A model generated the notes under the pieces. The model was not told the DNA's origin. It searched no databases and was given only the letters and a program-made list of their open reading frames with translations. This document shows, piece by piece, positions 1 to 9,562 of a stretch of 64,000 bases of DNA (the stretch's first letter is position 1; every line of letters begins with the position of its first letter). The position numbers and the translations under genes are program-made. The stretch is from Candidatus Marinacidobacterales bacterium (GTDB taxonomy: Bacteria > Acidobacteriota > Vicinamibacteria > Marinacidobacterales > DATDRI01), in contig OZ245365.1 in NCBI GenBank assembly GCA_965226495.1, positions 4,064,001 through 4,128,000 of the forward strand, written 5' to 3'.

Positions 1-689
1 CGGGCTCGCACTTGCTCGCCGCCTGGTTGGCGCTGGAACAGGAGAATTATCCACAAGCCCGCGAGCATGTCAGCCGATCGGAGAGGCTCTTCCCTCGAAT
101 ATCGGACGAAGTCGGGCCATTCAACATGCCCAACCAGAGAACGGGTTTCACCGTCCTCGGGCATCTTCTCGGAGGCATCGCGGAGGCGCGGTCGGAGAAT
201 CTAGAAGGCGCCCATGCCCACCTCGATGCCCAGACAAACCTGTACGACGCCTCGGACGTCATCGAGAAATGGCACCACCACGCGCTCAAAGGAGAGATCG
301 CTCTGATCGAAGGAGACGAAACCGGGGCTGAGCTAGCCTTTTCCACTGGAGAGCCAGAGCTCAAGATGTGGTTCAATCAGTACTTCCCGGGGCCAAGTGT
401 TCTCGCCAACAGTACCCCGTCCCGCGATGGACTAGCGCGCGCCAAGAAGGCACAGGGGGATCTGCGCGGAGCGATCAAAATCTACCGCGACCTGAACACG
501 CCTGGAATGAGCTCCAAATGGACCGCATGGTTCGAGCCCCGCTATGTTCTCGAGACCGCCCGACTCCTCGACGAGATCGGCGACAAGGACTCCGCCCGGG
601 CGGAGTACGAGCGTTTTCTGGAGTACTGGAAAGACGCCGATCCGGATCTGCCCGAGCTGCAAGAGGCCAAGAAGTACGTCGGAAGGTAG
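1..689 (+). CDS. TPR-repeat protein, C-terminal part (5' end outside window); tail resembles Acidobacteria Ser/Thr kinase-TPR proteins
   Basis: Frame open from the window edge; helical TPR-like repeats; ends ARAEYERFLEYWKDADPDLPELQEAK. Confidence 0.7.
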   Translation, partial: GSHLLAAWLALEQENYPQAREHVSRSERLFPRISDEVGPFNMPNQRTGFTVLGHLLGGIAEARSENLEGAHAHLDAQTNLYDASDVIEKWHHHALKGEIALIEGDETGAELAFSTGEPELKMWFNQYFPGPSVLANSTPSRDGLARAKKAQGDLRGAIKIYRDLNTPGMSSKWTAWFEPRYVLETARLLDEIGDKDSARAEYERFLEYWKDADPDLPELQEAKKYVGR

Positions 690-700
690 CCCAAAGCAGG

Positions 701-706
701 TATAAT
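701..706 (+). promoter_or_regulatory. Putative -10 box (TATAAT) 8 nt before the rlpA start; possible leaderless transcript
   Basis: ggTATAATcattcttcTTG with no Shine-Dalgarno. Confidence 0.45.
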
Positions 707-714
707 CATTCTTC

Positions 715-1386
715 TTGAAGCGGATTCTTCCCACACTCCTGCTTTGCTCCTTTGTCACCGCTTGTGCCGGCCGCGGGCCATCCCCAACCACTCCCCACGG
801 CACTCCGGCACCTGTACCCACTCCCGGGATGACCCTAGAGGGCCTGGCGTCTTGGTACGGCGTAGAAGAAGAAGGCCGTCCGACAGCAAGCGGAGAGCCC
901 ATGGATCCGGAGCGGTTCACGGCGGCTCATCTGACCTTTCCTTTCGGCACCGTTTTGCGCGTCACTGATCCTGAGAACGGCCGTAGCGTGGTGGTGGTGG
1001 TCAACGATCGAGGTCCTTATATAGACGGCCGGATCTTAGACCTCTCGTATGGTGCCGCGAAGGCGATCGACATGGTCCGAAAAGGTGTCGCCCCGGTTCA
1101 CATCGAGGTCATCCAAGTAGATCAAAGTCGCCTCGCCACCAGGTGGAGAGTCCAGCTTGGCTCGTTCCGAGAGGAGTCGGCGGCCAAAGAGCTCGCGGAC
1201 GAGATCGAGCGGGAAGGTCATCGTCTCGTCGAGATCGCGAGGTTCCGCAAAAGCGATCGGCTCTACTACCGGGTGTGGGTTGGTGAGTTCGTCTACCGGG
1301 CAGATGCCGAAGACCTAGCCAGGGAGTTCCGTCGTGATGGGCGGGAAACCGTAGTCATGCAGACGCCTTTCGGCGACGATCGCTAA
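715..1386 (+). CDS. rlpA: Septal ring lytic transglycosylase RlpA family lipoprotein (DPBB + SPOR)
   Basis: Lipobox VTAC; GLASWYG, TASGE, TAAH, VNDRGP, RILDLS motifs; C-terminal SPOR (VQLGSF, YRVWVG). Confidence 0.92.
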   Translation: MKRILPTLLLCSFVTACAGRGPSPTTPHGTPAPVPTPGMTLEGLASWYGVEEEGRPTASGEPMDPERFTAAHLTFPFGTVLRVTDPENGRSVVVVVNDRGPYIDGRILDLSYGAAKAIDMVRKGVAPVHIEVIQVDQSRLATRWRVQLGSFREESAAKELADEIEREGHRLVEIARFRKSDRLYYRVWVGEFVYRADAEDLAREFRRDGRETVVMQTPFGDDR

Positions 1387-1389
1387 GCT

Positions 1390-1435
1390 GGTCTCTTCTT
1401 CCGTTACTCCCTCTGGGAGACGGCCGGGGTGAGGG
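1390..1435. repeat. REP-like intergenic repeat (CTCCCTCTGGGA...GGGTGAGGG type), copy 1
   Basis: Shares ggtctcttcttcc, ctccctctggga and gacggc..gggtgaggg blocks with 8231-8324. Confidence 0.65.
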
Positions 1436-1446
1436 CTAGTGTCCTC

Positions 1447-2211
1447 CTACTTCCAAGTCACTTCCATCGCAAAAAAGTGATCGAAGCTCTTTCGCTTGGT
1501 TCTGGCCTTGAATCGAAGCTCTTGATCGAAGCTCTTTCGCTTGGGGTGGTTCCGTTCGTCGGTCTCTGGACTGCGGATGTAGAAATCGATCTGCTGCGTC
1601 GCAGGGTTGACCGCACCGGCATCGGACGTCTTATCCGGCATCGGATAGCGCACTTCGAACGTCTTTCGCTCGCGAATGCCCTGGGTCACCATGAAGTGCA
1701 TCTCGTAGTCTTCATATAGGGGTGCACCGTCGAGAATCGCCTTGCCGTAACCCCAACCGGCGAGGTACCCGAACGTCTTCGGCCAGTTCGTGTCTCCGCA
1801 TCCGGAATCGCCATGCTCATAGAGATGGGCGGCAATACCACCGTCTTGGCACGGTGTGAACTCGTGAAACCGATCGATCGCTAGATCCAAACGACCCTCC
1901 GGCAATTGGAGTCGAGCGCGGAAGCGTCCGGTGTTCTCAATCTCGTTCACGTCGATCTCGACTGATCCCCCCACCGCCTGCACGCTCTTGCCGTCGTTTC
2001 CCATGTGATCCCAAGGCGCCGAGTCGTAGAGACCGCCCACCTGATAGATTTTTTTGCCTTCGATGTTGAATCTCCCGTTGTATAGATCGTGTGCCTGCGG
2101 GCGGTAGAGCTCAATCGTGTCCCCCGGCTCGTGCTGCGGAGTCGCCTGCGGGTCGCCCGAGAATTGACTGAACGCCACGAAAAGAAAGGCCGTTACCAAG
2201 CCTAGCTTCAT
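1447..2211 (-). CDS. Hypothetical exported protein
   Basis: 254-aa ORF with N-terminal signal peptide and GGAGG RBS; internal 22-bp duplication near the 3' end. Confidence 0.75.
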   Translation of the reverse strand: MKLGLVTAFLFVAFSQFSGDPQATPQHEPGDTIELYRPQAHDLYNGRFNIEGKKIYQVGGLYDSAPWDHMGNDGKSVQAVGGSVEIDVNEIENTGRFRARLQLPEGRLDLAIDRFHEFTPCQDGGIAAHLYEHGDSGCGDTNWPKTFGYLAGWGYGKAILDGAPLYEDYEMHFMVTQGIRERKTFEVRYPMPDKTSDAGAVNPATQQIDFYIRSPETDERNHPKRKSFDQELRFKARTKRKSFDHFFAMEVTWK

Positions 2212-2325
2212 ACGATAGAGCCTCCATGCTCCATTATCTCCGAAACGAGAGCCGCGAACCAGAAATCGAGAGAGTTGCCCGCATCGGAGGGGGGCTCTAT
2301 CTTAGGGCGACGAAGAGGAGACCGA

Positions 2326-4251
2326 ATGACAATCAACCCGTACGGAAGCTGGAAATCTCCTATCACTTCCGAGGGCATCGTAGCGGGAGTCGTCGGGATC
2401 GGCACCGCGATGTTCGACGGTAAAGATATTTACTGGTCGGAGACACGGCCCCAAGAAGGCGGCCGCAGCGTCATCGTCCGGCGAAGCCCCGACAGCACGG
2501 TGGCCGATGTCACTCCCACCCCTTTCAATGCCCGCTCACGGGTTCACGAGTACGGTGGCGGAGCATTCACCGCGCGCGAGGGAACCGTCTACTTTGCCAA
2601 CTTTACGGATCAGCGCGTGTACCGGACGACAGGAACGGAGCCGGAGCCGGTGACGCCGGAAGACTCGATGCGCTACGCGGATTTCGCCATCGCTCCCGAG
2701 CGGGAACGCCTCATTGCGGTGCGCGAAGACCGCAGCGACAAGGAACGGGAGCCGGTGAACAGTCTCGTTTGGCTGGACCCTGCGAACGTGGGCGCGGGAA
2801 CGATGGCGGTAGAAGGGAACGATTTCTATTCCTCGCCTCGTTTCAGGGCAGATGGAACCCGCCTCGCCTGGCTCACGTGGAATCACCCCAACATGCCGTG
2901 GGATGGAACCGAGCTTTGGGTCGCCAACGTGCGATCGGACGGGACGTTGGGGGATGCCGAGCTCGTCGCGGGTGGGCCCGAAGAATCCGTCTTTCAGCCG
3001 GAATGGTCTCCGGATGGCGTACTGCACTTCGTCTCCGACCGGACGGGTTGGTGGAATCTCTACCGAGCAAGAGACGGCCACACTGAAGCGCTATGTCATC
3101 GTGAATCCGAGTTTGGACTCCCTCAGTGGGTATTCGGCATGTCAACCTACGGTTTCGAGTCGGCTCGCAGCATCATCTGCAGCTACCACGACGCCGGACG
3201 GATTCATTTGGCACGGCTCGATACGGAGTCGGGCGATCTCGCCCCCGTCGAAACACCCTACACCGAGATCGAGAACCTATCCGTCGGGACGGGTCAGGCA
3301 CTCTACCAAGGGGGGGCGCCGGATCGGCAGTCGGAGCTCGTGAGACTCGATCTGAGTTCGGGTGATACCGAGGTCCTTCGCCGTTCGAGCACGCTCGAGA
3401 TCGAACGAGCTTTCCTCTCGTCGCCGGAGACCATCGAGTTTCCCACTGAGAACGGTGCCACGGCCTACGCGTTCTTCTACCCACCGAAAAACGATCGCTG
3501 CCGCGCCCCAGAGAAGGACAAACCGCCCCTACTCGTGCTCAGTCACGGCGGACCCACCGCCGCCACCGATACGGCATTGAATCCCGCCATCCAATACTGG
3601 ACCAGCCGCGGCATCGCTGTGCTCGACGTGAACTATGGCGGGAGTACGGGCTACGGTCGTGCCTACCGCGAACGACTAAAGGACCGCTGGGGCATCGTGG
3701 ACGTGGACGACTCGGTGAACGCGGCCAAGTATTTGATCGAGGCGGGGCGAGTAGACCCGAAGCGCCTGGCCATCCGCGGCGGGAGCGCTGGCGGTTATAC
3801 CACCCTGGCCACTCTAACATTTCGGGATCTGTTCAAAGCCGGCGCTTCGTATTACGGCATCGGCGACTTGGAGGTGCTAGCTCGAGACACTCACAAGTTC
3901 GAGTCTCGTTACTTGGATTCCTTGATCGGACCCTACCCGCAGAAGGCCGACGTCTACCGAAGCCGCTCGCCGATCAACTTCGTCGAGAGACTCTCCTGCT
4001 CCATCATTTTCTTTCAAGGACTCGACGACAAAGTCGTCCCGCCCAACCAAGCGGAGCTCATGTTCGAGGCGGTGCGCCAAACAGGCCACCCCACCGCCTA
4101 CCTGGCGTTCGAGGGAGAGGGGCACGGTTTCCGCAAGGCGGAGAACATCAAACGTGCGCTCGACGCGGAGCTTTATTTCTACAGCAGGGTGTTCGGTTTT
4201 TCGCCCGCCGATGATATCGAGCCGGTAAAGATAGAGAACCTTGCGGACTGA
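2326..4251 (+). CDS. S9 family peptidase (prolyl oligopeptidase / acylaminoacyl peptidase)
   Basis: PYGSWKSPI start, HGGP, GGSAGG nucleophile, D..V and EGHGF motifs; start placed at the ATG after GAGGAG. Confidence 0.93.
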   Translation: MTINPYGSWKSPITSEGIVAGVVGIGTAMFDGKDIYWSETRPQEGGRSVIVRRSPDSTVADVTPTPFNARSRVHEYGGGAFTAREGTVYFANFTDQRVYRTTGTEPEPVTPEDSMRYADFAIAPERERLIAVREDRSDKEREPVNSLVWLDPANVGAGTMAVEGNDFYSSPRFRADGTRLAWLTWNHPNMPWDGTELWVANVRSDGTLGDAELVAGGPEESVFQPEWSPDGVLHFVSDRTGWWNLYRARDGHTEALCHRESEFGLPQWVFGMSTYGFESARSIICSYHDAGRIHLARLDTESGDLAPVETPYTEIENLSVGTGQALYQGGAPDRQSELVRLDLSSGDTEVLRRSSTLEIERAFLSSPETIEFPTENGATAYAFFYPPKNDRCRAPEKDKPPLLVLSHGGPTAATDTALNPAIQYWTSRGIAVLDVNYGGSTGYGRAYRERLKDRWGIVDVDDSVNAAKYLIEAGRVDPKRLAIRGGSAGGYTTLATLTFRDLFKAGASYYGIGDLEVLARDTHKFESRYLDSLIGPYPQKADVYRSRSPINFVERLSCSIIFFQGLDDKVVPPNQAELMFEAVRQTGHPTAYLAFEGEGHGFRKAENIKRALDAELYFYSRVFGFSPADDIEPVKIENLAD

Positions 4252-4256
4252 GAACA

Positions 4257-4330
4257 CGTAACCGTCTGCCAAGAACTGCGTCGCTTTGCTAGGCAGCTCT
4301 TGGCAGTCCAGGTTAACGCGCTTGTCGAGT
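4257..4330 (-). other. attC-like imperfect hairpin; may also act as a bidirectional terminator
   Basis: Minus strand after the stop: ACTCGAC-AAGCG-CGTTAACC...ctgccaagagctgc/gcagttcttggcag...GGTTACG, with extrahelical bases; R' box absent. Confidence 0.5.
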
Positions 4331-4333
4331 GAC

Positions 4334-5779
4334 TTACTTGTCGCTTTGCTCGTCAAGAATCTTCTGATTCTTTTGTTTTTGCCTCCAGGCAGCACCCATG
4401 CTTTCATTCAGCTTCTCTGGCAAGTCTTCCATGGGAACCACGAGGTCACCTTCCACAGGCCACTCCTCGAGCAACTCAGGATGGTATCCCTCGGGATAGT
4501 ACTCGTCAGGATCAATTTGCTGGTCGCGTACAAACGGCTCTTGAATCTCGTTGCGACTGGTCGGCGGGTGAGGCACAACCAACTGGCCATTGGTGAAATC
4601 GAATTGCGGTGCACGGCTGTTGGGGAACTCGGGCAGGATACCTTCTCGAACCCAAATCATATCCTTGGTCATATTGACTACAATCCCGTCAGGCGCTCCA
4701 AAATGATACGGCCCCTTCCAGTGTTCGCGAACCTCTGCGACGGTTTCTTCATTGAGAAATGGATCGAAGTTCATATGGGTGGTCATAAACATTCTCGGCT
4801 GGATTTGATTAGCCAAGTAACCCGAGGCATATGCCGGGGTATGATGTGTATCTACGGTGTAGCGCGCTAGGAACGGGGGTACGCCTTGTACGCCCGAATT
4901 GATTTCCATAAGTTCCGGCTGTAGTTCTGTGACATAGAGGTCGCAGCCTTTTGCGTATTTAACATCGAGTTTGCTTGGACGGCCATCGCCGGTCCAGACA
5001 AAACACATGCCGTTCCAATCGAGGCGATAACCGGAAGCACCGTCCTTGGCGTGGGAGCGCTGCCAATGAATGACTTTGACGCCATTCTTCTCATAGACCA
5101 GACCACCATTGTCACGAAAATCGAATTCGTTAACTTGAATGTCATGGCCCTTGCCTACCGGAAACACACTAAAGGCATCTCGATGCCAACCCAGCATCAT
5201 CTTCATGCCTTCAACCATAGTTTTTGTACCGTATTCAGGTGTTCGCCCTGAAGGCCCGTGAATGGTCAAGGGTTCATGCCAGCCACCGGCCCAGGTGCCA
5301 AACATCCATAGATAGGGAAGCGAGCCAAAGTGGTCTACATGCAAGTGTGTGATGAACACTTGCTTTATTTGATTGAGAGCGACTCGCGCGGCAACGTAAT
5401 TGGCTACCGCACCTTCTCCCATATCAAATACGAAGTTGTCACCATTGCCCAGCTCAACGTAAATTGACGTATTCATCTGCCCGGGGCGAATGTTAGGTGC
5501 CGTGCCCATAAATGTTACGCGCATTTCATTGGGCTGAACTTCTTCGGTGCCCGGGAACCAGTTGGCTGCACTTTTCAGCCAGGGCATGGGCCTGATGCCT
5601 TCGAATAGCAAACCTTCTTTCCACCGTCCCATGGGGACGCCGCCGGTCAGCGCCTTTTTGATGGCCTCCTGGTCGGATGGTTCCTGCACCGGAGGCGCCT
5701 GGGCATGAATCGAATTAGAAACGGTACTCAGCAGCAGAACCGCCAGTACACTATGAAGTCGGGATATTTTCTTTCGCAA
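4334..5779 (-). CDS. Exported MBL-fold metallo-hydrolase (RNase Z/AtsA-like, GntH-like)
   Basis: Signal peptide; FMGT, FDMGEG, THLHVDH, WTGD and HT motifs; visibly lower GC than neighbours. Confidence 0.85.
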   Translation of the reverse strand: MRKKISRLHSVLAVLLLSTVSNSIHAQAPPVQEPSDQEAIKKALTGGVPMGRWKEGLLFEGIRPMPWLKSAANWFPGTEEVQPNEMRVTFMGTAPNIRPGQMNTSIYVELGNGDNFVFDMGEGAVANYVAARVALNQIKQVFITHLHVDHFGSLPYLWMFGTWAGGWHEPLTIHGPSGRTPEYGTKTMVEGMKMMLGWHRDAFSVFPVGKGHDIQVNEFDFRDNGGLVYEKNGVKVIHWQRSHAKDGASGYRLDWNGMCFVWTGDGRPSKLDVKYAKGCDLYVTELQPELMEINSGVQGVPPFLARYTVDTHHTPAYASGYLANQIQPRMFMTTHMNFDPFLNEETVAEVREHWKGPYHFGAPDGIVVNMTKDMIWVREGILPEFPNSRAPQFDFTNGQLVVPHPPTSRNEIQEPFVRDQQIDPDEYYPEGYHPELLEEWPVEGDLVVPMEDLPEKLNESMGAAWRQKQKNQKILDEQSDK

Positions 5780-6013
5780 TGAGATTCTCCTTTTGAACGA
5801 AATGTTGTATTCGTACGAATCGAGGAATTGTTCGGGCGAAGCCGACGACAGATGATCTTTTCTCAGATCAAAAATCGCACAACAAGCGATGGCAGGCTGA
5901 AGACCGCGACTCTTCCTGCTTGCTGTTTATTCCGCGCGGTTCTACAAGTTCATCATCCCGGAGAGAAGTCACAACGCGATTGCGTCGCGCAACGGCTACT
6001 GCTCGGACCTAGT

Positions 6014-6514
6014 CTAGTTGCCCCTGCCGAGCTCTCTCTTGATGGCGCTGACGATCTCGCCGTTGTGTCCCACGATAAAGACTTCTTCGAGACCGTTCTC
6101 CTCATCGAAGGCTTTGAGTGCGCTGACGAGCGCGCGAGTCGTCGCCTCACCGGAAGGAAGGGCCGGAATCGCCACCGACCGCAACCCACTACCCGCCGCA
6201 AACCGAAGAGCGGCGAGGGTGGACAGCTTGACCACCTCGGGATCGAGGGAATCCGATCTCCCACCCATCGGGGCGTGGATCACGTACTTGCATCGGAGGC
6301 GTCCCCCGGTGGTGAGCATCGCATCTCCGACATGAACCGGACCGCGGGCGACCGCCTCCGACTCGACTTCTTGCCCAGCCCGTTCGACCAATCTTCGAGG
6401 CCTGCGAGCGCTGCCGCCCTTCTGTCCGATTCCCCGTGATGTAGCGTCGGCGGGGTTCACGACCGCGTCAACATCGACCTCGGCGATATCGCCCCGAACG
6501 GCAATGATCTTCAT
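6014..6514 (-). CDS. Macro domain protein (ADP-ribose binding), degenerate catalytic loops
   Basis: GDI..VDAVVNPA, TTGGRL.CKYVIHA and SVAIPAL motifs. Confidence 0.85.
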   Translation of the reverse strand: MKIIAVRGDIAEVDVDAVVNPADATSRGIGQKGGSARRPRRLVERAGQEVESEAVARGPVHVGDAMLTTGGRLRCKYVIHAPMGGRSDSLDPEVVKLSTLAALRFAAGSGLRSVAIPALPSGEATTRALVSALKAFDEENGLEEVFIVGHNGEIVSAIKRELGRGN

Positions 6515-6667
6515 ACCTGTCTCCCCGGAACCCCTCAGTTAACCGGTGACACTAAAACACTTATGAGAAGCGAGCCCCGCTTCCCCCGAAGCCGCGCCAA
6601 CCTTGTTGGGGTGGAAACCGAACAATGTAACTACCCGAAGTAAATGTCAAGCCCGAATCCTCCCCGG

Positions 6668-7558
6668 TCAAGGAAGCAAAGGCAACAACACGGTCAGGGC
6701 GTTGGGGTGGATCTCCAATTGAACCGGTACTTTCCCGGCGGCCTCGCCATCCAGTTGGTAGAGCTGGCCGTCGGTAGCCACTACCTCCAGGCGCTCCGCG
6801 TGGAAATGCACGACGTCCTTAAACTTCACATGAAAGCCACCCGCCACCCCGAGGAGGTAGCGAAGGTAGTCGAGCCCACTGCGCCCCTGAAAAACGACGA
6901 CGTCCAGCATCGGCTCCTCCAGACGGGCCCCGGGCGTGATGACGTAGCCGCTTCCGTAGCACCGAACGTTCCCGGCCACGACTCCCGTTCCCACAATCTC
7001 TTTTCCATCCACGAGAACCTTCAGAGGCGCGAACGCATAGCTAGCGAGCAATCGGAATCCCAGCAGCCAGAAGGCGAATGTGCCCAACCGCTTCTTGAGG
7101 CCCGCATTGACATCAAGTCGATGGACTACTTCAGCGTCGATTCCGATTCCGGCCATCAATAGGAACGGTCGACCTCCCGCCATTCCGACCGGGATGACCC
7201 TCGGCTCACCTTCGACCAGTACGCGGCAGGCCTTCTCCAAGTTGAAGGGAATGCCGGTCTCTCTGGCAAAAACATTCACCGTTCCACCCGGAAGAATGCC
7301 CAACGGCGTTTCCGATCCGAGCATCGCCCGGGCGACCTCGTTGACCGTGCCGTCGCCACCCCAGGCGATGACCAACGGAACTTTCCGCTGGAGTGCGTCG
7401 CGGGCAAGCTCGGTGGCGTGCTCCGGCTCACGTGTGGGCGCAGGGTCGGCTTCGATTCCGAGCGCTTTCAACCGCGCTAGAAGATCGGGAAGCGTCCTCT
7501 GTTTCGGCCTTCCCCGCCCGGACGCGGGGTTGTAGATGAGAATCGCCTTGGTCGTCAA
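6668..7558 (-). CDS. Diacylglycerol kinase family lipid kinase (YegS/BmrU-like)
   Basis: NPASG, GGDGTVNEV, PGGTVN, GIGIDA and QLDGE motifs. Confidence 0.92.
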   Translation of the reverse strand: MTTKAILIYNPASGRGRPKQRTLPDLLARLKALGIEADPAPTREPEHATELARDALQRKVPLVIAWGGDGTVNEVARAMLGSETPLGILPGGTVNVFARETGIPFNLEKACRVLVEGEPRVIPVGMAGGRPFLLMAGIGIDAEVVHRLDVNAGLKKRLGTFAFWLLGFRLLASYAFAPLKVLVDGKEIVGTGVVAGNVRCYGSGYVITPGARLEEPMLDVVVFQGRSGLDYLRYLLGVAGGFHVKFKDVVHFHAERLEVVATDGQLYQLDGEAAGKVPVQLEIHPNALTVLLPLLP

Positions 7559-7564
7559 GATGAC

Positions 7565-8164
7565 CTATGCCGGCGCGACCGCCACTTCGAACTCGTCGTG
7601 AAAGACTCCGTAGTCCGCGACCTCGGCGTCGAGAGAAATGGTCCAGCGAATCCGCCCCTGAGAATCCTTGAATGTTGTCGGCGCGCCTGGAGGCACGGGA
7701 AGCTCGATTTTGAAATGCTGGCCCGCGCCCGATGAGACGGACAACCCCTCGGAGATGACGTTGATCTCCTCGTGCAAAGATGTTTCTACCCGGCCGCGCG
7801 GGGTGACTTTTTGATCGATGCAGCGAAGCTTTGCCGCAACGCGCGTTAGGCTCAAGGATCGCCGCGCTCGGAGCACGATCTCGAGACGAAACGCTTCACC
7901 GGGACGGGCACGATCGTCTTCCAATCCTAGGTCGAACTGTTCGAACGGTTGGCGGTCCCAGCGATATAGGGCCCCCAGACCAGCTCGAAGCAGATTGAGC
8001 AGGATCAATGCCCATCCGACTCCTAGCAACCAGCTATCGACACGCCCTTGATAGAAACGCGCCAGATAGAGATAGACGAGTGAAAGTAGCACCGCAAGCA
8101 ATACCGACATCAGCAGCCGTCGTTTTCCTTGTGCAATGAGCGAGGTCCTGATCATATTCGCCAA
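7565..8164 (-). CDS. Hypothetical membrane protein (2 TM + beta-sandwich-like C-terminus)
   Basis: Two hydrophobic helices, then alternating beta-strand pattern; 6 bp upstream of the lipid kinase. Confidence 0.65.
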   Translation of the reverse strand: MANMIRTSLIAQGKRRLLMSVLLAVLLSLVYLYLARFYQGRVDSWLLGVGWALILLNLLRAGLGALYRWDRQPFEQFDLGLEDDRARPGEAFRLEIVLRARRSLSLTRVAAKLRCIDQKVTPRGRVETSLHEEINVISEGLSVSSGAGQHFKIELPVPPGAPTTFKDSQGRIRWTISLDAEVADYGVFHDEFEVAVAPA

Positions 8165-8230
8165 TCACTATATTCTAAATCCCACCTCCACCCCACCTTA
8201 GGCCTCGCTACAGACTACAATGCATCCAAT

Positions 8231-8324
8231 GGTCTCTTCTTCCTCTAATCCCTCTCCCTCTGGGATGAGCAGCCGTCATAATACGCCGTGCCAACGAACA
8301 AGGCAGTCAGACGGCGGGTGAGGG
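8231..8324. repeat. REP-like intergenic repeat, copy 2 (with ~45 bp internal insert)
   Basis: Blocks match 1390-1435. Confidence 0.6.
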
Positions 8325-8330
8325 TCTGCG

Positions 8331-9242
8331 ATGCCAGTACGTGGGAAGCTCGGGCGGCCGGTGGACTTCGTCGGGGTGGGCCACCTCGCGGTCGACTTGC
8401 GGGACGGTGAACGAGCCCTCGGCGGGGCCGCGGCCTATGCGTGCCTCACCGCAGCCCGCCTCGGCTTAACAACCTCTATGGTCACCGCTGTAGGTCGGGA
8501 CTTCGATCTTTTCGGCCCGCTCGAGGGAATCGAGATCCATTATCGTCAGTCGCGTGATACCACGACCTTCGAGAACGATTACCGAGGTGGCGGGAGGCAC
8601 CAACGGCTGTCCAGCCGAGCCCTTCCCATCCGGGAGCAAGATCTCACAGCGTTAATATCGGAGCTTGCCGAAGATGCCGCCGTCCTCTATTGTCCTATTG
8701 CTCAGGAGGTCGATGCACCGTTGAGTCGTCTTGCAAGGCATGGTCGCTGCGGCGTTGCGCCGCAGGGATTTTTTCGTCGATGGGATGACAACGGTACCGT
8801 TCAACACTGCGCTTGGCAAGGGGCGGCCGCATCCCTGGCAGAGGCCGATCTTGTCTCTATGAGCGAAACGGATCCGCCCGACTCTGATCTCGTCAATCTC
8901 GTCGGTCTCACGCGGGGCTTAGCAGGAGGCAGGGCCACCCTCGCCATTACGCGAGGCGCGCAGGGGGCCCGGATCTATACGCAAGGCCACTGTTACCTGG
9001 TACCGGCTTTGAAACGAAGTGTCCAAGACCCGACGGGGGCCGGTGACGTCTTCGCCGCCGGTTTTCTGGTGGCGCTCCGAGAAGGCCAGGAAACAATCGA
9101 CGCCGCGCTCTTCGCTACGTGCGCCGCGTCGTTCGCCGTCGAGAAGGCAGGTGTCACCGGAGTACCTCCGAGCCGAGAGGCGGTCGAGGCGCGCCTTTCG
9201 GAGTACCGTGTCCACCATCGACCGCAAGAGCTCGAATCGTGA
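8331..9242 (+). CDS. PfkB family carbohydrate kinase
   Basis: LGGAAAY N-terminal motif; DPTGAGDVFAAGF signature. Confidence 0.9.
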   Translation: MPVRGKLGRPVDFVGVGHLAVDLRDGERALGGAAAYACLTAARLGLTTSMVTAVGRDFDLFGPLEGIEIHYRQSRDTTTFENDYRGGGRHQRLSSRALPIREQDLTALISELAEDAAVLYCPIAQEVDAPLSRLARHGRCGVAPQGFFRRWDDNGTVQHCAWQGAAASLAEADLVSMSETDPPDSDLVNLVGLTRGLAGGRATLAITRGAQGARIYTQGHCYLVPALKRSVQDPTGAGDVFAAGFLVALREGQETIDAALFATCAASFAVEKAGVTGVPPSREAVEARLSEYRVHHRPQELES

Positions 9243-9511
9243 AAGATCCCCAACTCGAGTCGTACTGTGAGCAGATCGAGACGTTCTTCTTCCGTTGGAA
9301 GGAGCGCTCCGGTCTTTTCTCTCCTGAGGACTTCGCCCTTGTGAAAAAATGGTTTTCCGAGGGTGTTTCACTCGACGTGGCCCTAGAAGCTATCGAGGCG
9401 GCGTTCCAGTCGAAGCAGTCCGGGCAGGAAGTCGAAGATGTGAATAGTCTCAGTTATTGTGAGCCGTTCGTCCGGCAGGCTATGGCTCACCGGAAACACA
9501 CTCCCGGTTAG
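9239..9511 (+). CDS. Small conserved hypothetical protein (helical, DnaD-like appearance)
   Basis: GTGA overlap with pfkB stop; YCEQIE..F...SP.DFAL...W...GV.L pattern. Confidence 0.6.
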   Translation: MKDPQLESYCEQIETFFFRWKERSGLFSPEDFALVKKWFSEGVSLDVALEAIEAAFQSKQSGQEVEDVNSLSYCEPFVRQAMAHRKHTPG

Positions 9512-9562
9512 GCCTGCCAGACTGCCGGCCTGCCGAGAAGACTAGGACGACAAAGACCACCG

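Noticed and set aside
4334-5779. Guanitoxin-type biosynthetic cluster
   Set aside because: Only a lone GntH-like MBL gene with no other pathway genes adjacent
6624-6650. TTGACA/TACATT promoter for the macrodomain gene
   Set aside because: Spacer is only 15 bp, too weak to call
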